From assembly GCF_035084215.1 (NCBI RefSeq), contig NC_090337.1, forward strand, positions 56,358,001 through 56,422,000: 64,000 nucleotides of DNA, written 5' to 3'. The notes under the pieces were generated by a model. The model was given only the letters and a program-made list of their open reading frames with translations, was not told where the DNA came from and searched no databases. The stretch comes from Heptranchias perlo. Its lineage: Eukaryota. Positions within the stretch are counted from its first letter, which is position 1; each line of letters opens with the position of its first letter. Positions 52,541-64,000 of the stretch are shown here, piece after piece. The position numbers and the translations under genes are program-made.

Positions 52541-52615
52541 CATGATTACATTAGCATCATTGACCCTTTCAATGTGGATCTCATCACCCGTCATGGCCAC
52601 AGAGCACTCAACCAT
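52541..52615 (-). CDS. Candidate first coding exon, (MVECSVA)MTGDEIHIERVNDANVIM, possibly spliced to the giant exon
   Basis: Two in-frame ATGs in good context (GTGATGG at 52615, GCCATGA at 52594), consensus donor ATG|gtaagt in phase 0 matching the phase-0 acceptor at 3351/3354, unique sequence, possible acceptor ttggttttag at 52633. The link to the giant exon is inferred. Confidence 0.45.
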
Positions 52616-54471
52616 CACCGAGAAAAATAAAACTAAAACCAAATAAATCTCCACCACGGAATGTACATTATATTATACATAAAAAAAATATTGCATGATT
52701 TCAAAGCTCCGACCTCATATTCTAAGTGAGGGCAAAGTTCTAAACCACTCGAGCCTTGCTGTCAAAGTTCACAACATCATCTGAAGCCCTTGCCGGGATT
52801 ACCGTCTCGCAGTCACCCCAAGCCCCCATTCTCCTCTGTATAAATCGATTTTTGTTTGTGGCATGAAATGATTTGTGAACCTCCACCTTTCATTCCACTG
52901 ATAGCACGGCTGCAAGGGACTCACAAGTGAAACAACACGATCTTGTTTGGTTTAAGCTATATTCAGAAGTGAAGCAGATTTCCAGAAAGCATCGCAGTTA
53001 TAGTTACATATTCTATAGGTGAAACGTAAAGACAGACACGGCAGAAGAGTGTCAGCATCCGAGAAAGAAAAATCGGTCGATGTTCGAAGTTTGATCTTGC
53101 ATCAGAACTCCCACCTGATTATATTAATCTCTCTTTCTCATTTCCAGCATTTTGTCTCTTTTTTTTCTCACCAATTTCATCCCCCCTCTCCCAACACTGT
53201 TGTTTTCTTCCTGGGACACAGCTCAGGGTGCCAGTCACCCTTCAGAATCTCAATCAAGTGCTTATTATGTATCTGAGCCTTGACAATGAGAGTCAGTGGG
53301 CTATTGGATTATGGACAGCATCACAGTTGAGCTCGATCCTGTATTGACCTGACTTCCACGCACACGCATCCACACACTCACACGCACACCCGCATGCACA
53401 GCCACATCCTCACCCACACACCCATCCCCACATCGACATCCCCACCCACACAACCCCACCCACACACACATTCCCGTCCCACACACATCCTTGCCCCCCA
53501 TATATACTTCCAGCAGTGATTGCTGGAGGTCGATCAGAATGGCAAATCTGCCCACTTTTTCCCCCCCTGTATAACTCGGGGGCACTGAGGCCAATTGTAG
53601 ATCTCCAACCACAAACTCAACTAAACTCAGCTAATGCAGCACAGGTCAAAGTTCGAACCCAGAGACTTCCTGGTCTGAATGACTCAGCTAATTATTGAAG
53701 GGAACACATTTCCTGTTGTTATTTCCAATTTCCGCACTTCGAGAGTTCTCTTTTTATCCCACAATTGTGCATAGTTGATGATATATTTTTTTAAATTGTT
53801 CTTTCTGTTGAGTTGTTCCAACCAACTCGATATCTGAATTGCTAAGACAGAAATTTTAGAAAATTGAGCTCAGATGTTTCAGCCAGTCGTCACAGGTGCA
53901 CTTGGTAAGAGGTGAGGGTTGTGGGAGATAGTCAGGTGATCCAGTTTCCACAGGTAAGTTTGAGAGAATGTATGTGGCTGAAAGGACTTCTCAGTTGGTG
54001 AAACAAGATGATATTCTGGCACCTTTAACAGCTGGTTACAAAGTGCCATAAGCACAGGGCCAGAAGTAATTTCTCTCCCTTTTCAGCCGTAAGGGACTAA
54101 TAAATTATACTAATTAATCTTCATTTAAATGTGCAGACAAGAACGATCACAGCTCCAGTTGATCTGAGTTTGAGGGGAAGGTGTAAATGCCTCTACACAA
54201 TTAGAGCGCAGTGATATCATTATGGGGCTCGATGTTACCAGGGCTGCGGGTTTGCGGCGGGGGGCTATTAACGCGCCCAGCGAAATCAGTCTGCCCCGCG
54301 CGTGATCGCAACCTAATTGGATCCACTTACCTGGTCTTCCGGGTTCCCCACTGCTGATCTGCGTGTCGGGCGGACTGTGCATGCGCAGTAAGCTCTGTCA
54401 GCTGGAGGAGCTCTATTTAAAGGGGCAGTCCTCCACTGACAGATGCTGCAACAAATAGCAAAAATTACAAC

Positions 54472-54716
54472 ATGGAGCAGCCCAGGGGGAAGGCTGCTCC
54501 CAGTTTAATGATGCCTCACTCCAGGTATCATTAGATGGGGTGAGGAGGAGGGGGAGGACAGAGATCTTCCCCCCGGCGGGCGGGAGGAAGCGGCCTGCCT
54601 CTGCCACCAAGAAGGCCTGGCTCGAGGTGGCAGAGGAGGTCACCTGCACCACCAACATATTGCCCACCTGCTTACAGTACAGGAGGTGCTCCAATGCCCT
54701 AAGTAGGTCAGCCAAA
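54472..54716 (+). pseudogene. Harbinger Myb/SANT-like DNA-binding protein exon 1 (frameshifted)
   Basis: MEQPRGKAAP/FNDASLQVSLDGVRRRGRTEIFP...KKAWLEVAEEV...QYRRCSNALSRSAK followed by donor gtgagt; TATA-like tatttaaa at ~54414. Confidence 0.75.
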
Positions 54717-55261
54717 GTGAGTACACTTACTCATTCCCCTACACTCCATCTGCCAAATCACCGCCCCCACCCCACATCTCCTTCTGCACTGCCAACACTA
54801 CTCTGTCACATCACCCCTCATACCCACTCAAAGCTCATCCTCATCTTACCTGCACTTACTCACCTCGCCAGTACTCATCCCACCACTACCACGCAACCCA
54901 ATCCTCATACAATCTCATGGCTCTATCTCATACTCACCCTCTCGTACATCTCTTTCACAGTCAGCCTCACTCAACCTGCCACTACCTGTGCTGCAGCCAC
55001 AGGGCATGCATCAGATATGTGCAGTAGGCAGCGTAAGGCAAACGTGTCGTGAGCATGAAGGGGATGCACAAGGGTGTTTGAGGGTTTGGCATGGTTTTTA
55101 CTTATATTGAATTTCTGACCAACTCACATTACATATTATATTGGCACCACTACTGCCACGTCTTTGCGAATCCTGTCTGGTTTGTGCAATAATGCCCTTT
55201 CCTGAGGATCACAATGAAGACCCACAACTGATGACACCCATGGTGTAGGTGTATTTGCAGG

Positions 55262-55705
55262 GCTCTTTTGTGCAGACGACTGAGAGACGTCGGCGATGTC
55301 CCCGGTGGCACCCTGGAAGGGTGCGGAGGAGAAGTTGTTGAGGGCAGTGGTGACTTTGACAGCGACAGGTAAGAAGATGGTGCTCGGGCCAACCGGGAGC
55401 AGTTCGGCATCAAGGAGGCTGCAGATGTCCACGACTACATGTCGAGTGACTCTGAGCCTCCGTGTGCACTGCTGCTCAGAGAGGTCCAGGAAGCTGAGCC
55501 TCGGTCTGTGGACCCTGTGGCGAGGGTAATGCCCTCTGCGACGCATCTCTCTCTGCGGTTGCCCTCCCTCCTGCTGTGCAGGTGGATGTGTCACAGCACT
55601 CTGTTGTGGAGCTCCACGTGTCAGAGGTGGACGGCGTGGCCAGCGAGGCTGGTGATGCTGTTCGCCCTCCGAGGAGGTCATGACTGCAGCTACGGCGGCC
55701 CCCAT
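55262..55705 (-). pseudogene. Harbinger (HARBI1-like) transposase N-terminal fragment; DDE core deleted
   Basis: RVHRPRLSFLDLSEQQCTRRLRVTRHVVVDICSLL...LPVAVKVTTALNNFSSAPFQGATGDIADVSQSS resembles the HARBI1-family helix-turn-helix region. Confidence 0.8.
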
Positions 55706-57429
55706 CCGGAAGATGTACATCTGAGGGGTTCCGGGGTAAGTGTGCAAGTTGGTGAATTTTCTTGTCAGGAGGAGGGTGGTGGAGGCCAAACTTTGTCCCA
55801 AGTGACAGAGTGGCCTCCTGCAATGAGTGAGGGTCTCCCCGCCCCACCTGTCAAATGGACCTTTGCAGCTGCAACACGTCCATTTGAACTGGGAGTGTTT
55901 CCCCCAGTATGGGAAACAGTCCCAGTTGTCTATTAAATCCCACCCCTCCTCACATAATCCCTTAATCAGGTCAGTTAATGACCTGAAATAGCACAATAAA
56001 TACTTTCAAGTGGCACCCCGCCGGCTTTAATTGCCTGCGGGAGTCCCACATGCGGGGGCTGCGTGCGCACATCGGCACGTCAGTGGGGAACCCGGAAGTG
56101 GGCGGGCTGGAGCCGGGCTCCGGACCCGCTCCGGGATTCGCCGATTTTCAGAGCCCCCCCGCCAGGAACGCACCCGATAGCGGGTGCTGAAATGAAGCCC
56201 ATGATTTCAGGTGCTGAAGGACAGAGATGCACAGGACATTCACTTCTCAAAGTCAAGTGGTGTTGAGTTTCAAGAAACACGAAGAAGAGCAGAAGTTCTC
56301 CAGGTGGCTCAGTATGTCCATGCACTGCCTGGCATCACATGGAGCTCCTAAAGACCAGGTTTGATCTCTTGCCTGTGCACTGACTGGGTCACACTTGGAC
56401 GGTGATGGCTCTTACAGTCAAATAGGCCACTTCCAGTCAACCGCGCAGCCTCACACACAAGTGACCATTTGGGTGAGTATTAATACTTTGAGAACTGAAA
56501 ATCTGTCCTTCAGCATCTGAGAACCAAAACCACAGTTCTTCACTTTTGTCATCGACATTTACAACTTCCTCTTAAATGCTGATCAATTTAGACTAGAATC
56601 AGCCTCGTCCACAAATTGAGGTCAGCGTCCACTTGTCCATGTTCAGCACCACTCCCAGCTCCTTCTGAAGCGGCTGCTGTTCCGAGGGATGGAACACACC
56701 TGCGGGTGGCATTTCCCACAGTAGTTTTGCGACATCGGGAATGCCCACCCACAAGAGTTTAATGTAAATTTCGGTTGCCAAATATCATGGTATAAAATTA
56801 GCAAAATGCTAATGTACGGAATTGTACACCGGTTCCTTTTTCCCCGACAGTTTCCTACTCTTGTGTTTTTCCCCCTCCCTCTGCTGAATGAGATGAGCAC
56901 TGTTGGGGTACGGTTCCCTGGGCATTGGCTGCCCTCAGTCACCTGACCTCAGGGGGACATTCCTCATCAGTGAGGCGAGTTAATGTTAGCACGCTATACA
57001 ACTTTAGCGAGAATCTCAGCTAAACTCGCTCCTGTCCTTGTCCAACATCCATATGCGTGTACTTTTCAATAGGGATCACTAGATACTAATTGGAACATGG
57101 TCATGTTACTCTTCCCCCATCCCCCCACCACCAAAGAGATAGTTGAAATGTTATAACTGCTTGTGGTCAAAAAGATTAAATGAATCATTGAGTTAATCAT
57201 TAGATTATGTGTCAGATATGCATCATGGGGTTTTTCGCTCAGTATCCACCAAATGCCAAGATAATTCAGATTTGGTGAATATTCTGAGATTCGTTGAAAC
57301 TTGTTGAAAAACAGCCAGCTGTGCGCAGGACAGAGTAAGAACATAAATACTTTTCCAGCTGGATTGACATTGGTGGAAAACAACAAAAACAAATTGTCCA
57401 CCGCAATTTGAAGAGACTACTCCCAACTG

Positions 57430-57775
57430 TACCAGTGCAATACTGAGGGAGTGCTGCACTGTCGGAGGTACTGTCTTTCGGATGAGACATTAAACCGAGG
57501 CCCCGTCTTCCCCCTCAGGTGGACGTAAAAGCTCTCACGAAAGAGCAGGGGTGTACTCCCCGGTGTCCTGATCAATGTTTATCCCTCAACTAGCATCACG
57601 AAAATAAATCATCGGATCACTATCTGCTGTTTGTGGGACCTTGGCAAATTGGCTGCTGCATTTTCTACATTACTACAGTGACTACACTTGAAAAGTATTT
57701 AATTGGCTAAAAAGTGCCTTGGGATGTCCTGAGATCATGAAAGGCGTTATATCATGCAAGTTATTTCTTTCTTTC
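57430..57775 (+). mobile_element. 5'-truncated DeuSINE-like SINE (another decayed copy at ~58990-59285)
   Basis: ccagtgcaatactgagggagtgctgcactgtcggagg...aaattggctgctgc...gggatgtcctgag. Confidence 0.75.
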
Positions 57776-60700
57776 TTTAGGGTTCAGTTTTCCACTCCAA
57801 CTATTCTATGACCTCTTGGATTCAAGTTACCAATTTAACGGCAATTTTCCACAACAGTGCTGGTGGTGATCCAGACTTTGGAAGCGATGCTGTAATGTAA
57901 AGGAAGTGGTCCTGGCACCCCTAGTGGCTGTAATATTACCTCATGTGCTGGGCGCTGATCATCACCACAGACACAGCTAACTGAAACTGGTCCGTTTGGA
58001 CCTTATGCAACCCACGGGGAAAGTCTGTAGTGAGAAAACAAAAACTCGTGATTACAACTTTTAAATAAGTGTATGCAAACACGGTTTTTATATTGCTGTT
58101 GGTACTCTGGAATTCCCTCTCCTCCTCACACACATGCACACAACATAAAAGGCTTGATTCCAAACTAATAGCATGCCTTCTATTTGAAATGCAGAGAACA
58201 GCCAAGAGATCCGCAGTGTCAGGATCTAGACAAATTTGGGCTATTTAACCTTGAAAGGGGCCTCTGAGAATTGACACAGACATAAATAAGATTGTTAAGG
58301 ATATACAAAAAGTTGACCAAGAATGTTACATTAAATTAAACTGCAAGTGTAGAACAAAGGGATAAGGGCTTAAACTGGTAAAATGTAATTGCACATGACG
58401 TAATCATAGCCGGAATCCACTGTACTGTGGAGAACTAATGCTGTCTCCTTGCTGTTCTGTACATATGTTACACAATGGTTTTTTCCACACTCAGCAGTGC
58501 ATGCTTCAGAGCATGGATCCAGTCTGGGGTACAAATTCATCTATAATTCAACTCTAAATAGCAATCTTACTCAGGGCCAAAGGTGGGGGATGTGCAAATC
58601 AGTAAGAATTGCATTGTGCTGGAGAATGCATTCTTCTGAGGTTGAGGTTAAGGGATAGAATTGAAACTGTGTAGAGAGCCTCACCTCACTTGGGAATGCT
58701 CAATATTAAGACCAGTTTCAAATTGTCAAAAAGGTTCCCTTTGCCAGCACTGACATGTCTCATCTCAAATGAGCATAAATTCTCCATCATTAGATAAGGA
58801 AACAAAACTGTCAGATGGAGAGAAGCCAAAAATATGACATGGCATTGTTCCATATTCAGGATCTCGTACGTCAAAGTAGTGAATCTTCAATGATCTGTCT
58901 GACTGCTCCTTCTATTTATACCAGAAACTTTCATCAAAGAGTTTGTCAGTCACAGCAGCACCAAAGTAACAGCTTAAAGTTTTTTGTGAGTGTTTGGTGT
59001 TTAGTTGGTAGTGCTGTCCCCTCTAAGAAGGCTGTGGATGCAAGCCCCACTCCACAACTTAACCACGGAGGTGCCGTCCTTCGGCTGAGATTGTTAAACC
59101 AAGGTCACATTCGCTTCTTCAGGTGATTCTTGGTGGACGTTAAAGATCCCATGGGACTATTTGAAGAAGAACTAGATGGAGTTTTTGCCTACAAAACACG
59201 CACTGCTCTCCAAAGTAATTCATTGTATGTAAAGCACTTTGGGATATTTCTGAGAGATGTGATAAGATGCTATATAAATGCAAGCTTTTAAAAAATTATA
59301 TCTCAAAATGATATATAATTTTGAGGACACACTTCTACAGTATGTTTTACTCAATTTCATCATGGAAAATTAGACCTATTCATAAACATACCTCACTAAT
59401 ATCTTGCTGCCAATATCTTTGGCCAAGCTTTTGGTCACCTGTCCTAATATCTTTTTATGTGGCTTGGTGTCAATTTTTGTCTGATTACCCTCCCTTGGAG
59501 TGCCTTGGGACTATATTAAAGGTGCCATATAAATGCAAGTTGTTGTTGTATTTTGGGAGCTAGTCACTTATTTCCTGCAGTTAATGACTTCTTTAAAAGT
59601 GCATCTTCTCCTCAATAAACCCTCTTGAGCATCTTTTTATCAGCTCTGTAAACGAAAATGTGCAACGATGCAAGTGAGGACATGATGATGCTCTCGCACC
59701 TCCATCTGTCTGCCGTTAATTTTCTTTTAAGTTTATAAATGAAGATTGCAGTGTTAAAACTTCAGCACAATAGTAAACACTATGTTTTAATATTGAAGTT
59801 CCAGGGACTGAGCCTTCATAAGAACAGTGGAAATTACATTTGTTAGTATTTTTAAAAAAAGTTTTTAACAAATCGACAGGAGTGACAATAAAAAAAATCA
59901 AAGGAATTTTAAAGTAATTTCTAAGTTGTTTTAACTGATTGATTGTTTTTTTAAAGGGTCTGGATGGTGAGACCCCTCCATATCATACTCCGCTAAATGT
60001 GCATCATTTCAAATCTTCAACCAATCAGATTAAAGTAATTTCTAAAACATTGGGACTTGGTTGACATCTTGACATTTTAAACATTATTTCTGACTCAACT
60101 CATTTATTAAACAAGAGCAGTGTTGAGCTTGAAATGAATATTCATGAAAATAAGGAAATTCCTTCTCCCACAGATTTGTCTATTTTCAGTAAATGCTGTG
60201 CTGTGCGGAATATTTGATTCAGCATCTCTGTATGTGTAGTCCGTTTCAGAGGGATGTATTCATTTGTGTGGCATGCTTCTCGTAACAACAATTTAATTGT
60301 AAAACCACATGAAGAATTACCATATAGAATGCTGCGAATGGCGGTGAAATGTCTGAATGTTTCAGCGACATTTTCCAATGGAAGCTTTCAGTGTTCATGT
60401 CCCTTTTTAAAGGGGCAACGTGTTCATGTAAAAAAGTGTCTAACTCCTGACGCTGAGGACATATTCTTCTTCACTAGAAGTGTGGATCGGAATCTCAAAT
60501 CTCGGATTTGAGACCTCTGTCTTGCCCTCGAAAGATCAGTCTCGTGCTGATGGTGCTCCCATGATGGCGTTAGGTAGGGAACCTGAGGATTTTGACCCAG
60601 GAAGGTACAAAAGCAAACAGGTCAGGATGGTGTGTGACTTGGAGGGGAATATAGAGGTGATGGTGTGCCCATGATATTGTTGCTCTTGTTCTTTTTGGTG

Positions 60701-61066
60701 GTTGAGGTTGCAGGGCTGGGAGGTGCTGTCCAAGTATTTGCGCACAAGTGATGCAGTGATGTGTTTTGTTGTGATTTATGTTCTTGCATCTTGTGTTTGC
60801 AGACACTAGCCGTTCTTTAGACTAAAAGACACTCATGCCTTTACATGAATATGATGCCACTTAGATGCCCAACTGCCATTTTTTTCTATCTTCAATTTTT
60901 TTTTAATTAAACAAGTTATGAATATCTTAAAATAGTGCACAGAGGAACCTCATTACAAATGAGAATGAAAATCGGGCGATTTCTATAACAAACAGCCAAT
61001 CTGCAACACCACTTTTACACCCGGGTGGCATGTTGAAAATCTACCACGAGGAGGAGCGAAGGGGAG

Positions 61067-64000
61067 AAAGCTGGGGCAAGGAGAAGAGTAACTCAGTGAA
61101 GACCTGGGGAGAGGAGAAGAGTAACTCAGTGAAGAGCTGGGGAGAGGAGAAGAGTAACTCAGTGAAGAGTGGAGAGAGGAGAAGAGTAACTCAGTGAAGA
61201 GCTGGGGAGAGGAGAAGAGTAACTCAGTGAAGAGCTGGGGAGAGGAGAAGAGTAACTCAGTGAAGAGCTGGGGAGAGGAGAAGAGTAACTCAGTGAAGAG
61301 TGGAGAGAGGAGAAGAGTAACTCAGTGAAGAGCTGGGGAGAGGAGAAGAGTAACTCAGTGAAGAGCTGGGGAGAGGAGAAGAGTAACTCAGTGAAGAGTG
61401 GAGAGAGGAGAAGAGTAACTCAGTGAAGAGTGGAGAGAGGAGAAGAGTAACTCAGTGAAGAGCTGGGGCAAGGAGAAGAGTAACTCAGTGAAGAGCTGGG
61501 GAGAGGAGAAGAGTAACTCAGTGAAGAGCTGGGGAGAGGAGAAGAGTAACTCAGTGAAGAGCTGGGGAGAGGAGAAGAGTAACTCAGTGAAGAGCTGGGG
61601 CGAGAAGAAGAGTAACTCAGTGAAGAGCTGGGGAGAGGGGAAGAGTAACTCAGTGAAGAGCTGGGGAGAGGAGAAGAGTAACTCAGTGAAGAGCTGGGGA
61701 GAGGGGAAGAGTAACTCAGTGAAGAGCTGGGGAGAGGGGAAGAGTAACTCAGTGAAGAGTGGAGAGAGGAGAAGAGTAACTCAGTGAAGAGCTGGGGAGA
61801 GGAGAAGAGTAACTTGGTGAAGAGCTGGGGAGAGGAGAAGAGTAACTTGGTGAAGAGCTGGGGAGAGGAGAAGAGTGACTCAGTGAAGAGCTGGGGAGAG
61901 AAGAAGAGTAACTCAGTGAAGAGCTGGGGAGAGGGGAAGAGTAACTCAGTGAAGAGTGGAGAGAGGAGAAGAGTAACTCAGTGAAGAGCTGGGGAGAGGA
62001 GAAGAGTAACTCAGTGAAGAGTGGAGAGAGGAGAAGAGTAACTCAGTGAAGAGCTGGGGAGAGGAGAAGAGTAACTCAGTGAAGAGTGGAGAGAGGAGAA
62101 GAGTAACTCAGTGAATAGCTGGGGAGAGGAGAAGAGTAACTCAGTGAAGAGTGGAGAGAGGAGAAGAGTAACTCAGTGAAGAGCTGGGGAGAGGAGAAGA
62201 GATACTCAGTGAAGAGCTGGGGAGAGGGGAAGAGTAACTCAGTGAAGAGCTGGGGAGAGGGGAAGAGTAACTCAGTGAAGAGTGGAGAGAGGAGAAGAGT
62301 AACTCAGTAAAGAGCTGGGGAGAGGAGAAGAGTAACTCAGTGAAGAGCTGGGGAGAGGAGAAGAGTAACTCAGTGAAGAGCTGGGGAGAGGGGAAGAGTA
62401 ACTCAGTGAAGAGTGGAGAGAGGAGAAGAGTAACTCAGTGAAGAGCTGGGGAGAGGAGAAGAGTAACTCAGTGAAGAGTGGAGAGAGGAGAAGAGTAACT
62501 CAGTGAAGAGCTGGGGAGAGGGGAAAAGTAACTCAGTGAAGAGTGGAGAGAGGAGAAGAGTAACTTGGTGAAGAGCTGGGGAGAGGAGAAGAGTAACTCA
62601 GTGAAGAGCTGGGGAGAGGAGAAGAGTAACTCAGTGAAGAGCTGGGGCGAGAAGAAGAGTAACTCAGTGAAGAGCTGGGGAGAGGGGAAGAGTAACTCAG
62701 TGAAGAGCTGGGGAGAGGAGAAGAGTAACTCAGTGAAGAGCTGGGGAGAGGGGAAGAGTAACTCAGTGAAGAGCTGGGGAGAGGGGAAGAGTAACTCAGT
62801 GAAGAGTGGAGAGAGGAGAAGAGTAACTCAGTGAAGAGCTGGGGAGAGGAGAAGAGTAACTCAGTGAAGAGTGGAGAGAGGAGAAGAGTAACTCAGTGAA
62901 GAGCTGGGGAGAGGAGAAGAGTAACTCAGTGAAGAGTGGAGAGAGGAGAAGAGTAACTCAGTGAATAGCTGGGGAGAGGAGAAGAGTAACTCAGTGAAGA
63001 GTGGAGAGAGGAGAAGAGTAACTCAGTGAAGAGCTGGGGAGAGGAGAAGAGATACTCAGTGAAGAGCTGGGGAGAGGGGAAGAGTAACTCAGTGAAGAGC
63101 TGGGGAGAGGGGAAGAGTAACTCAGTGAAGAGTGGAGAGAGGAGAAGAGTAACTCAGTAAAGAGCTGGGGAGAGGAGAAGAGTAACTCAGTGAAGAGCTG
63201 GGGAGAGGAGAAGAGTAACTCAGTGAAGAGCTGGGGAGAGGGGAAGAGTAACTCAGTGAAGAGTGGAGAGAGGAGAAGAGTAACTCAGTGAAGAGCTGGG
63301 GAGAGGAGAAGAGTAACTCAGTGAAGAGTGGAGAGAGGAGAAGAGTAACTCAGTGAAGAGCTGGGGAGAGGGGAAAAGTAACTCAGTGAAGAGTGGAGAG
63401 AGGAGAAGAGTAACTTGGTGAAGAGCTGGGGAGAGGAGAAGAGTAACTCAGTGAAGAGCTGGGGAGAGGAGAAGAGTAACTCAGTGAAGAGCTGGGGCGA
63501 GAAGAAGAGTAACTCAGTGAAGAGCTGGGGAGAGGGGAAGAGTAACTCAGTGAAGAGCTGGGGAGAGGAGAAGAGTAACTCAGTGAAGAGCTGGGGCGAG
63601 AAGAAGAGTAACTCAGTGAAGAGCTGGGGAGAGGGGAAGAGTAACTCAGTGAAGAGCTGGGGAGAGGAGAAGAGTAACTCAGTGAAGAGCTGGGGAGAGG
63701 GGAAGAGTAACTCAGTGAAGAGCTGGGGAGAGGGGAAGAGTAACTCAGTGAAGAGTGGAGAGAGGAGAAGAGTAACTCAGTGAAGAGCTGGGGAGAGGAG
63801 AAGAGTAACTTGGTGAAGAGCTGGGGAGAGGAGAAGAGTAACTTGGTGAAGAGCTGGGGAGAGGAGAAGAGTGACTCAGTGAAGAGCTGGGGAGAGGAGA
63901 AGAGTAACTCAGTGAAGAGCTGGGGAGAGGGGAAGAGTAACTCAGTGAAGAGTGGAGAGAGGAGAAGAGTAACTCAGTGAAGAGCTGGGGAGAGGAGAAG
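61067..64000 (+). repeat. Purine-rich minisatellite: 33-bp unit GAAGAGCTGGGGAGAGGAGAAGAGTAACTCAGT with a 32-bp variant, at least 2.9 kb, runs off the window
   Basis: Direct reading of the array; about 90 units; rare variants recur with an 850-bp period. Confidence 0.97.

Larger units (their letters stand above)
54225..56200. mobile_element. Internally deleted Harbinger transposon (1976 bp) with convergent Myb/SANT and transposase genes
   Basis: 3-bp ATG duplication (54222-54224, 56201-56203); imperfect TIRs gggctcgatgtt / aaatgaagccc; GC-rich subterminal regions; two convergent gene remnants. Confidence 0.85.

Noticed and set aside
53358-53490. CA-rich tract (and the poly-G run near 51050)
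   Set aside because: Ordinary low-complexity microsatellite sequence.
55136-55996. 286-aa ORF as a domesticated HARBI1 gene
   Set aside because: It lies within TIRs and a TSD, and similarity stops before the DDE catalytic domain, so it is a transposon remnant.
61067-64000. CRISPR array or coding repeat (VKSWGEEKSNS)n
   Set aside because: Units are contiguous with no unique spacers and no cas genes. The 32-bp variants repeatedly shift the frame, so the ORFs are by-products of the repeat.

Overview
Eukaryotic, repeat-rich vertebrate DNA. The repeat complement (CR1 and L2 LINEs, DeuSINE/SacSINE1-like SINEs, Penelope elements, Harbinger elements) points to a cartilaginous fish (inference). The only clear host coding sequence is a giant minus-strand exon (3351 to beyond position 1) that the ORF track misses because it runs off the window. 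Read by hand it is at least 1117 codons with no stop and no methionine, is acidic and Ser/Thr/Glu-rich, and contains about eight ~40-aa repeats. A short phase-compatible candidate first coding exon lies ~49 kb upstream (52615/52594-52541), so most of the window is probably one large intron. That intron holds two young Penelope insertions carrying minimal hammerhead ribozyme motifs (one forms a ~346-bp near-perfect inverted repeat, the other sits in a local duplication/deletion), a Tc1/mariner-type non-autonomous element with a long hairpin, two decayed two-gene Harbinger transposons and several MITEs. The window ends in a purine-rich 33/32-bp minisatellite with an 850-bp higher-order period. 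I found no CRISPR, rRNA, tRNA gene or prokaryotic system, and I cannot claim a demonstrably new system. The best leads are the Met-free repeat-bearing giant exon and the hammerhead-bearing Penelope palindrome in its intron. Coordinates of decayed repeats are approximate.
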